This document shows positions 12,344-22,870 of a stretch of 64,000 nt of DNA, in pieces (the stretch's first letter is position 1; every line of letters begins with the position of its first letter). The stretch lies in NCBI GenBank assembly GCA_907165135.1, contig OU015569.1, forward strand, positions 12,400,001-12,464,000, in the 5' to 3' direction. The notes below the pieces were generated by a model. It was not told where the DNA came from. It saw only the letters and a list, made by a program, of their open reading frames with translations, and searched no databases. The DNA is from Oikopleura dioica (lineage: Eukaryota > Animalia > Chordata). A program made the translations under genes and the position numbers.

Positions 12344-15136
12344 TTAATAAAGGAATGATTGTTTTTTCAGTGATCGAGTTCTAGTCAGAGTAATTGAATA
12401 AGCTTGAGGCAGAAGATACCATTTTTCGGTTTCCATGTTGAATTCTTCGTTCACTAACTCAAGAAACTCGTTGTTGTCTCCACAATAGACGAAATCTTGG
12501 TAGCTATTGTAACAGTCTTCCATCATTTCGTAAACGGCGTAGTATTCTCTGGAAACAGGAATTCTGATCTGAGAGCCGGAATGGTCGATGAGCGTGTTTT
12601 GGAGAACGAATTCGGAGTTTTCGATTCGGTCCAGCACCATTTGGTGGAAAAGTATTTCTCCGTTGCTGTTCAGATAGGCGCCGGTTACAGTTAGAGGACG
12701 AGAGAAGACGAAGTTGCAATGGAGGAGGACTGAATTTTTAATTTTATTTGATTTTTAGTTTTGAATTTTTACCTTGCTCGAAATCAAAATTGGCATTTAT
12801 CCGGCGCATGCCTCTGTTTTCTTTTATAATTTGCCAACCGTTTTTATTCAAATAAGTCTTTAATTTCAATCTTCTGAGAAGCATTTCAATTTCGTTGTTT
12901 TGAAATTTTTGTTCTTCAAATTTCGGATTTAGGTTGAAGCCAGCCAAACTCCGCGGATAAATTATCATCGTCAGTTTTGTGAAGACTTTTTCCAGAGTAA
13001 AATCTCTTTCCATTTCAGAATCATCAATTCCCAAATCATTTTTGAGTGCCCATCTCAAAAGCACCGAAACAGAAATGGGTACACAAAGATCGCTTTCTTT
13101 TGGTTTAAAACATTCTTGGTCACGTTTTTGAAGTCGCAATCGATCTGTTTCGTCAGTTTCTGTTTCAAACTGGCCACTGCAGTTGATTTCGTTAGATTTG
13201 GATCGTCCAAGCAAAAATCAGAAGACGCGTTTTCGAGAGAAAAGATTTTCGACAAGTTTTCGATTTCTTCGGTGGATGGTCTTCCTTCGTTTGAGAGCCA
13301 GCCAGCATTGCAAGTCTAAATACGTTTATTTTTTTATAAAAAGTAAAGACTTACCTCAAGTTCTTTTTGATGATTTCTCTTTCTTTTTCTTCGATCGGTT
13401 TGAATAAAAGAGTCCAGGCCGTCTTCCACTCGCAAAGAATAAAAATATGAGGACGAGATCTATACTCTCCGTAGATTCCGCCTATCTGCGAGCCATGAGA
13501 AAAGGCAGGAGACCCCGCATCTATAGGGAAACTCGATGAAAATTGAGCTTTTTCTGGGATCAGTAGAGAGGGAGTATAATACAGCTTTAGAAAGCCCAGA
13601 AGCTGAGGATCATTTTGACTATTTACAGTGTGGGGTTTGGGTCATGTCCTGGGGCGTTTTTGGGCGTCTAAAGTCCGGAAAATGGGGGCAGTTCCAGAAA
13701 AGGGATTAAAAAAGTACCGGTAGTCCATCCTAAGAACGAGCGGCTTGGCTAAGTTGTAGAGGAGGCTCTGGCGATTCAGAATCTGTATAGAAACCTATTG
13801 GGACCCCCACATTCTAGAGGCGCTAGAGGCTCTAGAAGTTGAGGAAGTTACCTCAAAATCGGTACTTTTTACGAAAAATTGCGCTAAGGGTTATATTTTT
13901 ATCCGAAATAGTCCTCAAAACGTTCCAATCAATTTTTGGATGTCAAAAATATCGTTTGGGGTCATTTGAGGTTATTCGGGTAGAGTATCGGCCAAATTCT
14001 ATTTTTCCTCAAAAAATGACCCTAAGTGACCAATTTTTCGTAAAAAGTACCGATTTTGAGGTAACTTCCTCAACTTCTAGAGCCTCTAGCGCCTCTAGAA
14101 TGTGGGGGTCCCAATAGGTTTCTATACAGATTCTGAATCGCTAGAGCCTCCTCTACAACTTAGCCAAGCCGCTCGTTCTTAGGATGGACTACCGGTACTT
14201 TTAATCCCTTTTCTGGAACTGCCCCCATTTTCCGGACTTCAGACGCCCAAAAACGCCCCAGGACATGACCCAAACCCCACACTGTAAATAGTCAAAATGA
14301 TCCTCAGCTTCTGGGCTTTCTAAAACTGTATTATACCCCTCTCTACTGATCCCAGAAAAAGCTCATTTTTCATCGAGTTTCCCTACGCATCTACGGAAAA
14401 AGAGATAAAACACGAGCATTTTTCATCAAGCTCAAAACTTACATAAACAGGTTAAATTTGTAAATCTGCTTCCTCTCCTCGAGTAACCCATCTCCCGGTA
14501 ACTCTCTCGTCCAGTTTGTTCGTATATTATGCTGAAATCGATCCATTTGGCTTCTCCATTTTTCAAAAGGACATTTTCCGGCTTCCCATCGAAATGCAAA
14601 ATTCCAATTTTCCACAAATACTCCAATCCCTCTTCGACGCCAATCGCAATTTTCTTCCTTTCTTCCAGATTCAAATCATTTTTCTTCAATTTTCTTCTCA
14701 AGTCCGAGTCGCATTTCTCCATAATCGTGATCCAGCCAAGACAGTCTTCTTTTCTAAAGTCGCTGCTCAAAAAGACTTCGATGTTGCAGAAATTTTTGAT
14801 CACGTTTTTGTGAAAAGGAATCACTCGAGCATTCTCATATTTCCCCTTTTGGGCGATTGCGTATTCTAAAAAATAATAAAAAATATAAGAAAAATTACCT
14901 TCTGAAAGATGAATTTCAAAACCCAATTCTTCTTTCCCCACAAACAGCGCCGTGTCAAAAGCCTGAACTCGAACGGCCACTTCCAATTCTCCGAATTTTT
15001 CTTTCAAAACAATCGCTTCTCCTCCAGCTGAAATCAATTCAAAAGATTCATCGAGAATCCATTCTCCGGTTTCTTCTTTTAATTCAGAACGTTTGATTTT
15101 TCGTACTTCGAAGCCTGGATTTTTGTCGAGAATCAT
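12344..15136 (-). CDS. Atypical protein kinase-like gene with long C-terminal region; probably frameshifted downstream of the kinase domain
   Basis: SAGGEAIV, VAVRV, WITIMEKC, HFDGKPENVLL and IDFS motifs; 33-nt in-frame intron 14866-14898; apparent 1-nt shifts near 13320 and 13100. Confidence 0.7.
13524..14385. mobile_element. hAT-like foldback element (862 bp, TIRs about 360 bp, 8-bp TSD CGCATCTA)
   Basis: CGCATCTA|TAGGGAAACTCG ... CGAGTTTCCCTA|CGCATCTA; arms nearly identical. Confidence 0.92.
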
Positions 15137-15559
15137 TTTTTGAAAAGAAGTTACTCTCCATTCTTCCTGAACTTTCTCTCCCCGAAGTCAGTTAGCTTCG
15201 CTCGCGAGTGCCAAGAAAGAGCTAGAATTGGCGCGAGAAAGTGTTCCAAATTGGGCGAAGAAAATCAAGTCGCTGGACATTCCGCCGCTGAGCTCAACGA
15301 GAACAACAAACAGTAAGTTTTTACTCTCAGCTTGAAAAGTAATTTTGAATAAGGATCGCTTCTGATATTGGTCAACTCGTCGAGAAGCAGAAGCAATATG
15401 AAGCTCTTCTCGTCCCCGAAGATAATTGAGACACAGTATTAGTTTGAATGTCAATCAAGAAAATCTCATGCAATTTTCTACGTCTCTTCGTCCCCCTTAA
15501 ATATTTTGATAACTTGTTCCTGAGTGTCAATTACAAAAGAGAATATATTTCTTGTGACG

Positions 15560-16290
15560 ATTATATTTTTACTAATTGGCAGTGTATGTATTTGACAGTG
15601 AGGATTGATAATTCGCTTGGAATGAACTGAACCGTGAAGAAGTGAAAAAGTGAACTTTTTGAACGTTTTTAAGAATTGTTTTTTAAGAATTGACTTCGAT
15701 GATGTTGTCCTTTCGCTTCTACTCGAGGAGGTCTTCAAAGTCGTCGTCTTCGAACAGCAGCGCCTGGTTGTGCAGCTAAACTCTCAAGTCAACCCTTTTC
15801 CCTTTTTTCAATTTCACCTGGAATTTGGCCTCTTGCTCGGCCTTGGCTTTCTCCTGCTCGTTGTCTTCCGTGTCCATTTGCTCCTCCGGACGGGCTTCGA
15901 CCACGTCTTCGTCGTCCCTCACGCATCTGTAGCCCTCTTCTTCTTTGATGACGATTCCTTTGTGGACCCAGAACTGAAGCCGCTTTTCGCAGATTTCGCT
16001 GGAGACACCTGACAGCTCTGCGATCTTCTCCAACTTCAGGGAATCGGGCTCAGAGAATAAATTCACCAGCACAGCCTTAAAAGAAGTAGTTTAGTTACAA
16101 TAACTTAAAATTATCAAACCTGTGTGGGAGTGACTGTAAACTCTCTCGTGACCTCTCCAACACTCATTTTCAAAGTGGCAGCTCCGATTTGATTGTCGTG
16201 ATCGAGTTGCCTCTTCGCTCTAATTTCGCCGAATCGTTTTGGCGAGATCTCGGCCTTTTCCTTGATTTCTTTTCGCAAAATCAAGACTTC
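15560..16290 (-). pseudogene. Partial duplicate of the ANAPC2 3' exons and 3'UTR
   Basis: Collinear with about 17820-18640; has an internal deletion and a premature stop (LLE*KRKDNIIEV). Confidence 0.85.
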
Positions 16291-16407
16291 TTCTAGCGCG
16301 ACTTTGTCTAGTCTGAAAGTTCCAAAATAGTATTCATTAACTTCGAACAAAGTTAACTACCTTTCTTGCTTATCGTCTTCATATCGAGTCAGCTCGGCAG
16401 GACTTAA

Positions 16408-17377
16408 GGAGGGGGTCGACGAGAATCGGGATTTTGTGACCAAGAAAGGGAAAACCTGCTTAGATGAGCAGATTCTCACTTATCAGGTGGAAAGAAAAGG
16501 ATTTTAAAAATCAAGCGGGGAAAACTAGAAAAAAATTTTCGAAAAAGTTTCAAAAAATTGGGTCAAAGTGGGGGTATCTCGTAACCAAAAAATCTCGTAA
16601 ACGGGATTTTTTTTTCTCCATCAAATACAATAATAAGCAAGTTTAAACCCTTGAAAATACAGCGGCGACAATAAAAAAAGGGATGCATCTCCTGAAATTT
16701 TTTTTGATGATTGAAAATATGAGATTTTCCTAAAAATTGTCTTTTTTGCTCATTTTTCACAGAGAATTTTGCCAAAGTCGCGGAGACTCGGAATTTTTCA
16801 CTGTTAATTATTTAAAAAACATAAAAAAGCAATATATAGCAGATAAAAATCGGATAAAGATTGTTTTCGGTTGAAATCACCAACTTAAAAATTGAGAAAA
16901 ATCTCAAATTCCAGACAGAAAATCGTAAATTAAAAAAATAAGTTAACTAATGCGCAAAAAGCTAGAGACCAACAAAATGCTCCTTTTTTATTATGGAATT
17001 TATAAATATAACCAAAATTTTGAAAAAGCGGGCTATGGTCAATTTCAGGAGTTAAGAAGATTTGGAGTAAGCTAAAAGGAGCAACTTTATTTTCCGGAAA
17101 TACTCCAAATCGGAGCAAAATTTCAAAGCCGATTTTAAGGATGTTGCAGAAATATTAAAGGGTATCTGAATAGCTCAAAAGAAAGCCCGGGCCCCGAGGC
17201 GCGTTTTCGCCGGGTTTTGAAAGGGCCGGGAGGCCCTTAACACCATTATAATCGACTTTGAAATTTTGCTCCAATTTGGAGTATTTCCGGAAAATAAAGT
17301 TGCTCCTTTTAGCTTACTCCAAATCTTCTTTGGAGTAAAGCCGAAAAAGCGAAATAATTTTTCTCGTCGACCCCTCC
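16408..17377. mobile_element. Non-autonomous element with TIR GGAGGGGGTCGACGAGAA and internal 75-bp inverted repeats
   Basis: Left TTAA|GGAGGGGGTCGACGAGAA, right TTCTCGTCGACCCCTCC; inner arms about 17060-17135 / 17250-17335. Right TSD is degenerate. Confidence 0.6.
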
Positions 17378-17654
17378 AAATCGCGCGGCGCCTTAATTTC
17401 TTTTCTCTCGCCGCTGTGATACTTTTTGTTTGTACTCTTCTCATTTTGAAAAAAAAATTTTTGTGAAATCAAGTTGAGGCGAATGATTAAGATCTAAAAA
17501 AGCAAGTGGCGAGTTTCGTTCGTTAGAAAAAATCGCAACGGCGATCTTAAATTTAGGCTTTTCCTTTTAGCTCTTTCAGACCCTGACTCAGGTTTTCTAC
17601 ACAGGAAGACCAACAATCAGGGAATAATGGGATTAATCAGGAGACAAAATGGGA

Positions 17655-17795
17655 TCTTTTTCGACTCTCGAAAGAATCTTCACAATTTCTACAATGATGA
17701 TTTATTCACGAAGTCTGGCTGGCTGCAATCTCAATCGGAAAAGGGAAGAACAAAAATTTCAAAACAACGAAATTGACTTGCTTCTCAAAAGAATG
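17655..17795 (+). pseudogene. Isolated fragment paralogous to the kinase-gene C-terminal exon (12744-13214)
   Basis: FSTLERIFTISTMMIYSRSLAGCNLNRKREEQKFQNNEIDLLLKR vs FTLEKVFTKLTMIIYPRSLAGFNLNPKFEEQKFQNNEIEMLLRR. Confidence 0.8.
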
Positions 17796-17927
17796 ATGAT
17801 AATAAGCATCATTATTTCTTTTCTTTATTTCACATTACTAGCGTGTATTTGACAGTGAGGAATGATAATTCGCGTGGAATGAAGTAAACCGTGAAGAAGT
17901 AAAAAAAAGTGAACTTTCTGAACGTTT

Positions 17928-20686
17928 TTAAGAATTGTCTTTTCTGAGTTTGTAGCACTCGCCGTCGACTTCGATGATGTTGTCCTTTCGCTTCTGCTCG
18001 AGGAGTTCTTTCAAGTCGTCGTCTTCGATCAGCAGCGCCGGGTTGTGCAGCGAGAGCATTTTCAGCAGACTGCTCAGCCGCTCGAACTTGATTTCGTTCA
18101 TGTTCTGGATCATTCCGCGCACAAACACCCACGTCGCCTGAACACTCAAGTCAGCCTTTTTACGCTTTTCAATTTCACCTGGAATTTGGCCTCTTGCTCG
18201 GCCTTGGCTTTCTCCTGCTCGTTGTCTTCCGTGTCCATTTGCTCCTCCGGGCCGGCTTCGACCACGTCTTCGTCGTCCCTCACGCATCTATAGCCGTCTT
18301 CTTCTTTGATGAGGATTCCTTTGTGGACCCAGAACTGAAGCCGCTTTTCGCAGATTTCGCTGGAGACACCTGACAACTCTGCGATCTTCTCCAACTTCAG
18401 GGAATCGTGCTCAGAGAATAAATTCACCAGCACAGCCTAAAATCAAATTAGTTTTAGTAACAAAAACTTAAAATTATCCAACCTGAGTGGGAGTGACAGT
18501 AAATTCGCTCGTGGCGTCTCCAACAGTGATTTCCAAATTGACAGCTCCGATTTGATTGTCGTACTCGAGTTTCCTCTTCGCTCTAATTTCGCCGAATCGT
18601 TTTTGCGAGACCTCGATCTCTTCCTTGATTTCTTTTGGCAAAATCAAGCCTTCTTCTTTCCTATCGGCCGGGTGGACCAGCTCGGGCCAATACTGCTCCG
18701 AGTAAATCAGCGTCTTGAATTTTTCGGATCTCTCGTTGAAGCGGATCGTTTCGCGACTGTCTTTGATCATCACTTGCGGATCGCTCATTGCGTCGTCGCC
18801 CAGCTTGTTTCGAAGCTGATCCGCTGTGCGACTCAGGAAGGAGGGCAGAAGACGGTTCACTTCGTGCGTCTTGAACTGCTCAAGAAGCTTCTCTCCCAGC
18901 TGCTTTCTGTAGAGACCTCTGAATTGCTCCGCGTTCCCGAAGATTTCTGAAAAACAAAATTACAAATTTCCAATCGAAAATTAGGAAAAGCATCTTTCTT
19001 TCAAATGGTTTCAAGATAATAAAGACTTTCTTTTATAGCATGAAAAGCTTACCAATAAGATGATCCAGCGCATTTTGTCTATTATCAACCGCCAAGTCGA
19101 CATTTTCCATTGCGGCTTCGCGGCGGCGGCTTCCACTCAAAATCGTCTTCGAAGGAATCGTTGATGCTGTTTTCCAGCTCTTCGTTTCCGACCTGGTTCA
19201 TGATGTGGTTGATGATCACTTCCGCCGAGTCGATTCGCTTTCGAACGTATTTCTGAATCGGCGCGCAGACGATGTTCACCATCGTTCCCGTCGGGTCCAG
19301 GTGGTTCAGCGACTGGATCGTGAAGAAATAGAACTGGATGATCAATTCTGTAAACGCCCCGCCTTGAAGCAGCCGGTCGCGAATGCGCCCTTCCAAAGTC
19401 GACGTTAAATGGTCGCGCGTGTACTTGATCGACTTCTCCAAGCAGAAACTGAGTTCTTTGATGCCCGGAACCGAGTCTGGAAATAACTGGATCATGGTGA
19501 ACAGCTCGGGACGCCGCTCCTCGATCAGTGAGTCGATGACGAGCTCGTTCATCCAGGCAAAGTTGCGATCGCGGTCTTCGCTCGGGTCCAGTTCCAGCAT
19601 TATGTCCAGGTGCAGCTCGATCATTTCTGAATAAAAACAATGTCAATCTATAGATTCACCTTAAAAATTTTTAAATTTTACCTTCAAGGATATCTAGAAC
19701 ATTTTCTTCAAACATCTGAGCCACGACAATCACCAATCTTTTAAGATTTTCTTTCACAGCGTATTTCGTATGCATGGCAAGCAACTCCGAGTAGCCAAAA
19801 ACCGCCAACCGCGAGGTCACTTCCCTGTAGCTCGCAAGTCTCTTTCCCAATTTTTCTTGAAGGAAAAAGATTCTTTCTTCGTCGCGGAAATCTTCCTCGC
19901 TGTCTTCGAACTCGTCGCTTTGGAAAAAAGTGGAGAAAAGGTTGATTCTTTGGGCGATGTCGTCCGACTGGTTGCAGTAAACATGAAGAGAAATGAACAG
20001 GCGGATGAAGTCTTTTCTGGGCTCGGCAACCTGTGTTCAAAACCTGAGTCAGGGTCTAAAATAGCTCTGATGAAATGCTCCTTTTTTTTGAAAATATAGC
20101 CGCAAAAATAGCCGCAAAATAGAAAAAATGCTACGCTGCTTTTCATTAAAGCTCTTTTAGACCCTGACTCGGGTTTTAGACACAGTTTTCCAAGCCCAAG
20201 CCTTTGTGCTCAACTTCGAAAGCGTGCTTTTTGCACAAAGTCCGGAGAACAACTCCAAAAGCCGAAATCGTATTTTGAACAAGAAATGTCCGCAGCCCAG
20301 TCTTTCCAAGAAAGCTCTTTTCCACTCGCTCGTCGAGTTGATTTTTCAGAAAATCCATCGCCTCGTAAAAACCGACTTCCCAGTTTCGCTCTTGCATCTC
20401 TCTTGCCATTTCAACGGCGGTTGATTCTGCCACGATTTTGCTCTTTTTTCGGCTCATTTTTTGGTCTTTTTAGAAATTCGAATAAATCTTAATAATGATT
20501 CCCGCCGATTTCCTTCAGAGCTTGTCCAAAAAGCGCTAGAACTTTCTCCTCCCCCTCTTCACCGCCAGTAATTTTCCTCCAATCGTCAAGCAGCAATTCC
20601 TCCTTCGTCAAAACGCAGTCCGGGCTTCCGACAATCGCCTGGATGATCCTTTCCCATCCATCAGTCAAATCTTCCTCTTTTTCCAT
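17928..20686 (-). CDS. ANAPC2: Anaphase-promoting complex subunit 2 (cullin-like)
   Basis: RLLQGGAFTELIIQFY...LDPTG, EWKPPP...LDHLIEIFGNAEQFRGLYRKQLGEKLL, C-terminal WVFVRGMIQN...IEVDGECYKL. One unresolved +1 shift near 19125. Confidence 0.9.
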
Positions 20687-20689
20687 TTC

Positions 20690-21004
20690 TCTTTTTCCAA
20701 GAATTATTCTCTCAAAAATTTCAAACTCGAAGCGGCGCGGCCAATCAGCGCTCCCAAATTATTCTCAGACCAGTTTTCTTTCTTTCACCGCGTTTTCGAG
20801 CCGCTCATCCCTTTTTTTTAATAGGAATAAGGAAAAATAGTTCCTGTGACTGATTTACAGAGAAAGAATACAATAAAAAATCTTAAAAAATACGCCAAAA
20901 ATGTATTTTCTAATTTTCATTTCTGTAAATTTTATGTCAACTTACAATTTTACTGTACAAATACTAAAAAGCGAAAAAAGTTCAGAAAAAAAGAAACTTT
21001 AAAA
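20690..21004. promoter_or_regulatory. Probable bidirectional promoter between ANAPC2 and 4E-BP
   Basis: Head-to-head starts about 320 bp apart; GC-rich island with CCAAT (ggccaatcagcg) at about 20740. Confidence 0.45.
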
Positions 21005-21646
21005 ATGTCGTCTTCGAAGCCAATCCGTCGACTCCAGATCAAACACGAAAACGATCTTCCCAGCGACGCCGCTGCTACTCCAGGTAATTGCTAGAATTTC
21101 TTTAGCTCCGACTGTAAATTGCAATTCAGGAGGAACGATGTTCGGAACTACTCCCGGCGGATCGAAAATCATTTACGATCGACTCTATTTGATGCGAATG
21201 AAGTCGTCGCCAGCATCAAACGTAATTGTCGATTTTTTAAGGGCGTACCCATCGAAAAACGCACTTTTCTGCAGACTTGAATTCAACACGAGAGTGACGC
21301 CCTTAATTTATTTCTCGAAAAAAGAGATCTCTTCGATCTATTTTATCGTAAAATAATTAAGGGTGTCACCGTGGTAAATTTTTATATGAAGAAATGTACG
21401 GTTTTCGATGGGTACCCTTAATCTCTGCACTCAATCAACAGTGCAAAGCTGTAAACTGCTTTTCAGACACCTCCAAAGGGCATGACTCCCGTGCGAGGCA
21501 TCACCTTAATCCCCGAGGCTGCTAACGAGCAAAGCGCCTCAGGCGACGCGCAAAAGACAAAAACGATCCCGGAGGCGAGCGCCGAAGAGATCGAAAAAGC
21601 CAACGCCGAAGCAGACATTACTCCAGCCGACGACATGGAATTGTAA
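21005..21646 (+). CDS. EIF4EBP: eIF4E-binding protein, 3 exons
   Basis: [24 protein letters not shown] (YxxxxL-phi motif), SP and TPP sites; GT-AG introns. Confidence 0.93.
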
Positions 21647-22870
21647 AAAGCGAAAAAAGAAAAACGAACCTCGAAAAAAAAGAATCTCCTGAAAATTAAA
21701 ATTTGCAATTTTAAAAATTTTTAAAGCGCCACTGTTTTTATTCTTTAAAAACGCTTCTTCTTCTTTCCTCAAAACCCCGCTTGTCTAATATCTAAAATTC
21801 GCGTACCCTGATCATTTGGGTACTGCCCCTTTTCCAGTTTCTTGTAGTCGATTTTCCCCAAAAAATTATCATTTTGATAAAACGCGTTTCTTATATTTTC
21901 TTAAATTTATCCTAAGGTGATCCCCTTTCTCTAATAATAGCTTGGTTACCTTAAATCTCTTACCGCTCCCCTTAAACTACCAATAAGGGTATCTCCCTTT
22001 TGTTTTGGTAGCGTAAGGGACCGGACCTGTCTGTTCCCTCTTTTGAGTTAATATTTTTCAAACCGGGGTGAAAGATGAGGATGTTTGGGGAGGTTTTCTA
22101 TCGAAAGTAAAGTAGTGACACCCTTATTTGATTTTACGAAAATATTGATTGAAACTTCATCTACGGGGGGATCTTTCAATAACGACCGGGGCGATTCCCA
22201 TCATGAAGCATTATTCTGTGCTCTGATTGGTCAATCATGCAAATCAGCCCGGTCGTTGTTGAAAGACACCCCCGTAGTCCCTATTGAAGTCAAAAATTTA
22301 AGGGGGTAACCCCCTTAAACTTTATGCTTTGAACTTATGTAGGATCTAGATAAAAGGTTAATATTTCTTATCGCCAAATCAAATAAGGGTGTCCCTATTT
22401 TAATTTAGAGAGAAAAACCACTCGGAAAGTCCTAATCCTAAGGTCTACCCCCTTCACCTATTGCTGACAGTTTGAATGAAACGCGGCTCAACCCTCTTTT
22501 TTTTACTGAAATGTCGTCCTCGGCCGATAAGCCTTGCAGGACCATTTTCTTTCACTTTTTCTGTAGTTCAAAAAATTACCCTATTTTAAAAAACACGCGC
22601 TGTACTTTCTGCTTTTCGGAAATTTAAAATTCGCCGAAGAAAAATAGACGGAGGCACGAAAAATGCTCCTCAAGTTCAAAACATAAAAAACAGTTACAGT
22701 TATCGCTCGAGATACAGTACGGTGCTCAGAAACCAAAAACACGAAAAAATGATTGATTTTTGTATCTTTTTAGAATCGATAGCGGATTTCGGGAATTATG
22801 GGAAAAGCAAGAATTTCGAAACTCCTCTCGCAAAACGTCAATTGAAAACGAAGAAAGAAGAAGAAAAGGG

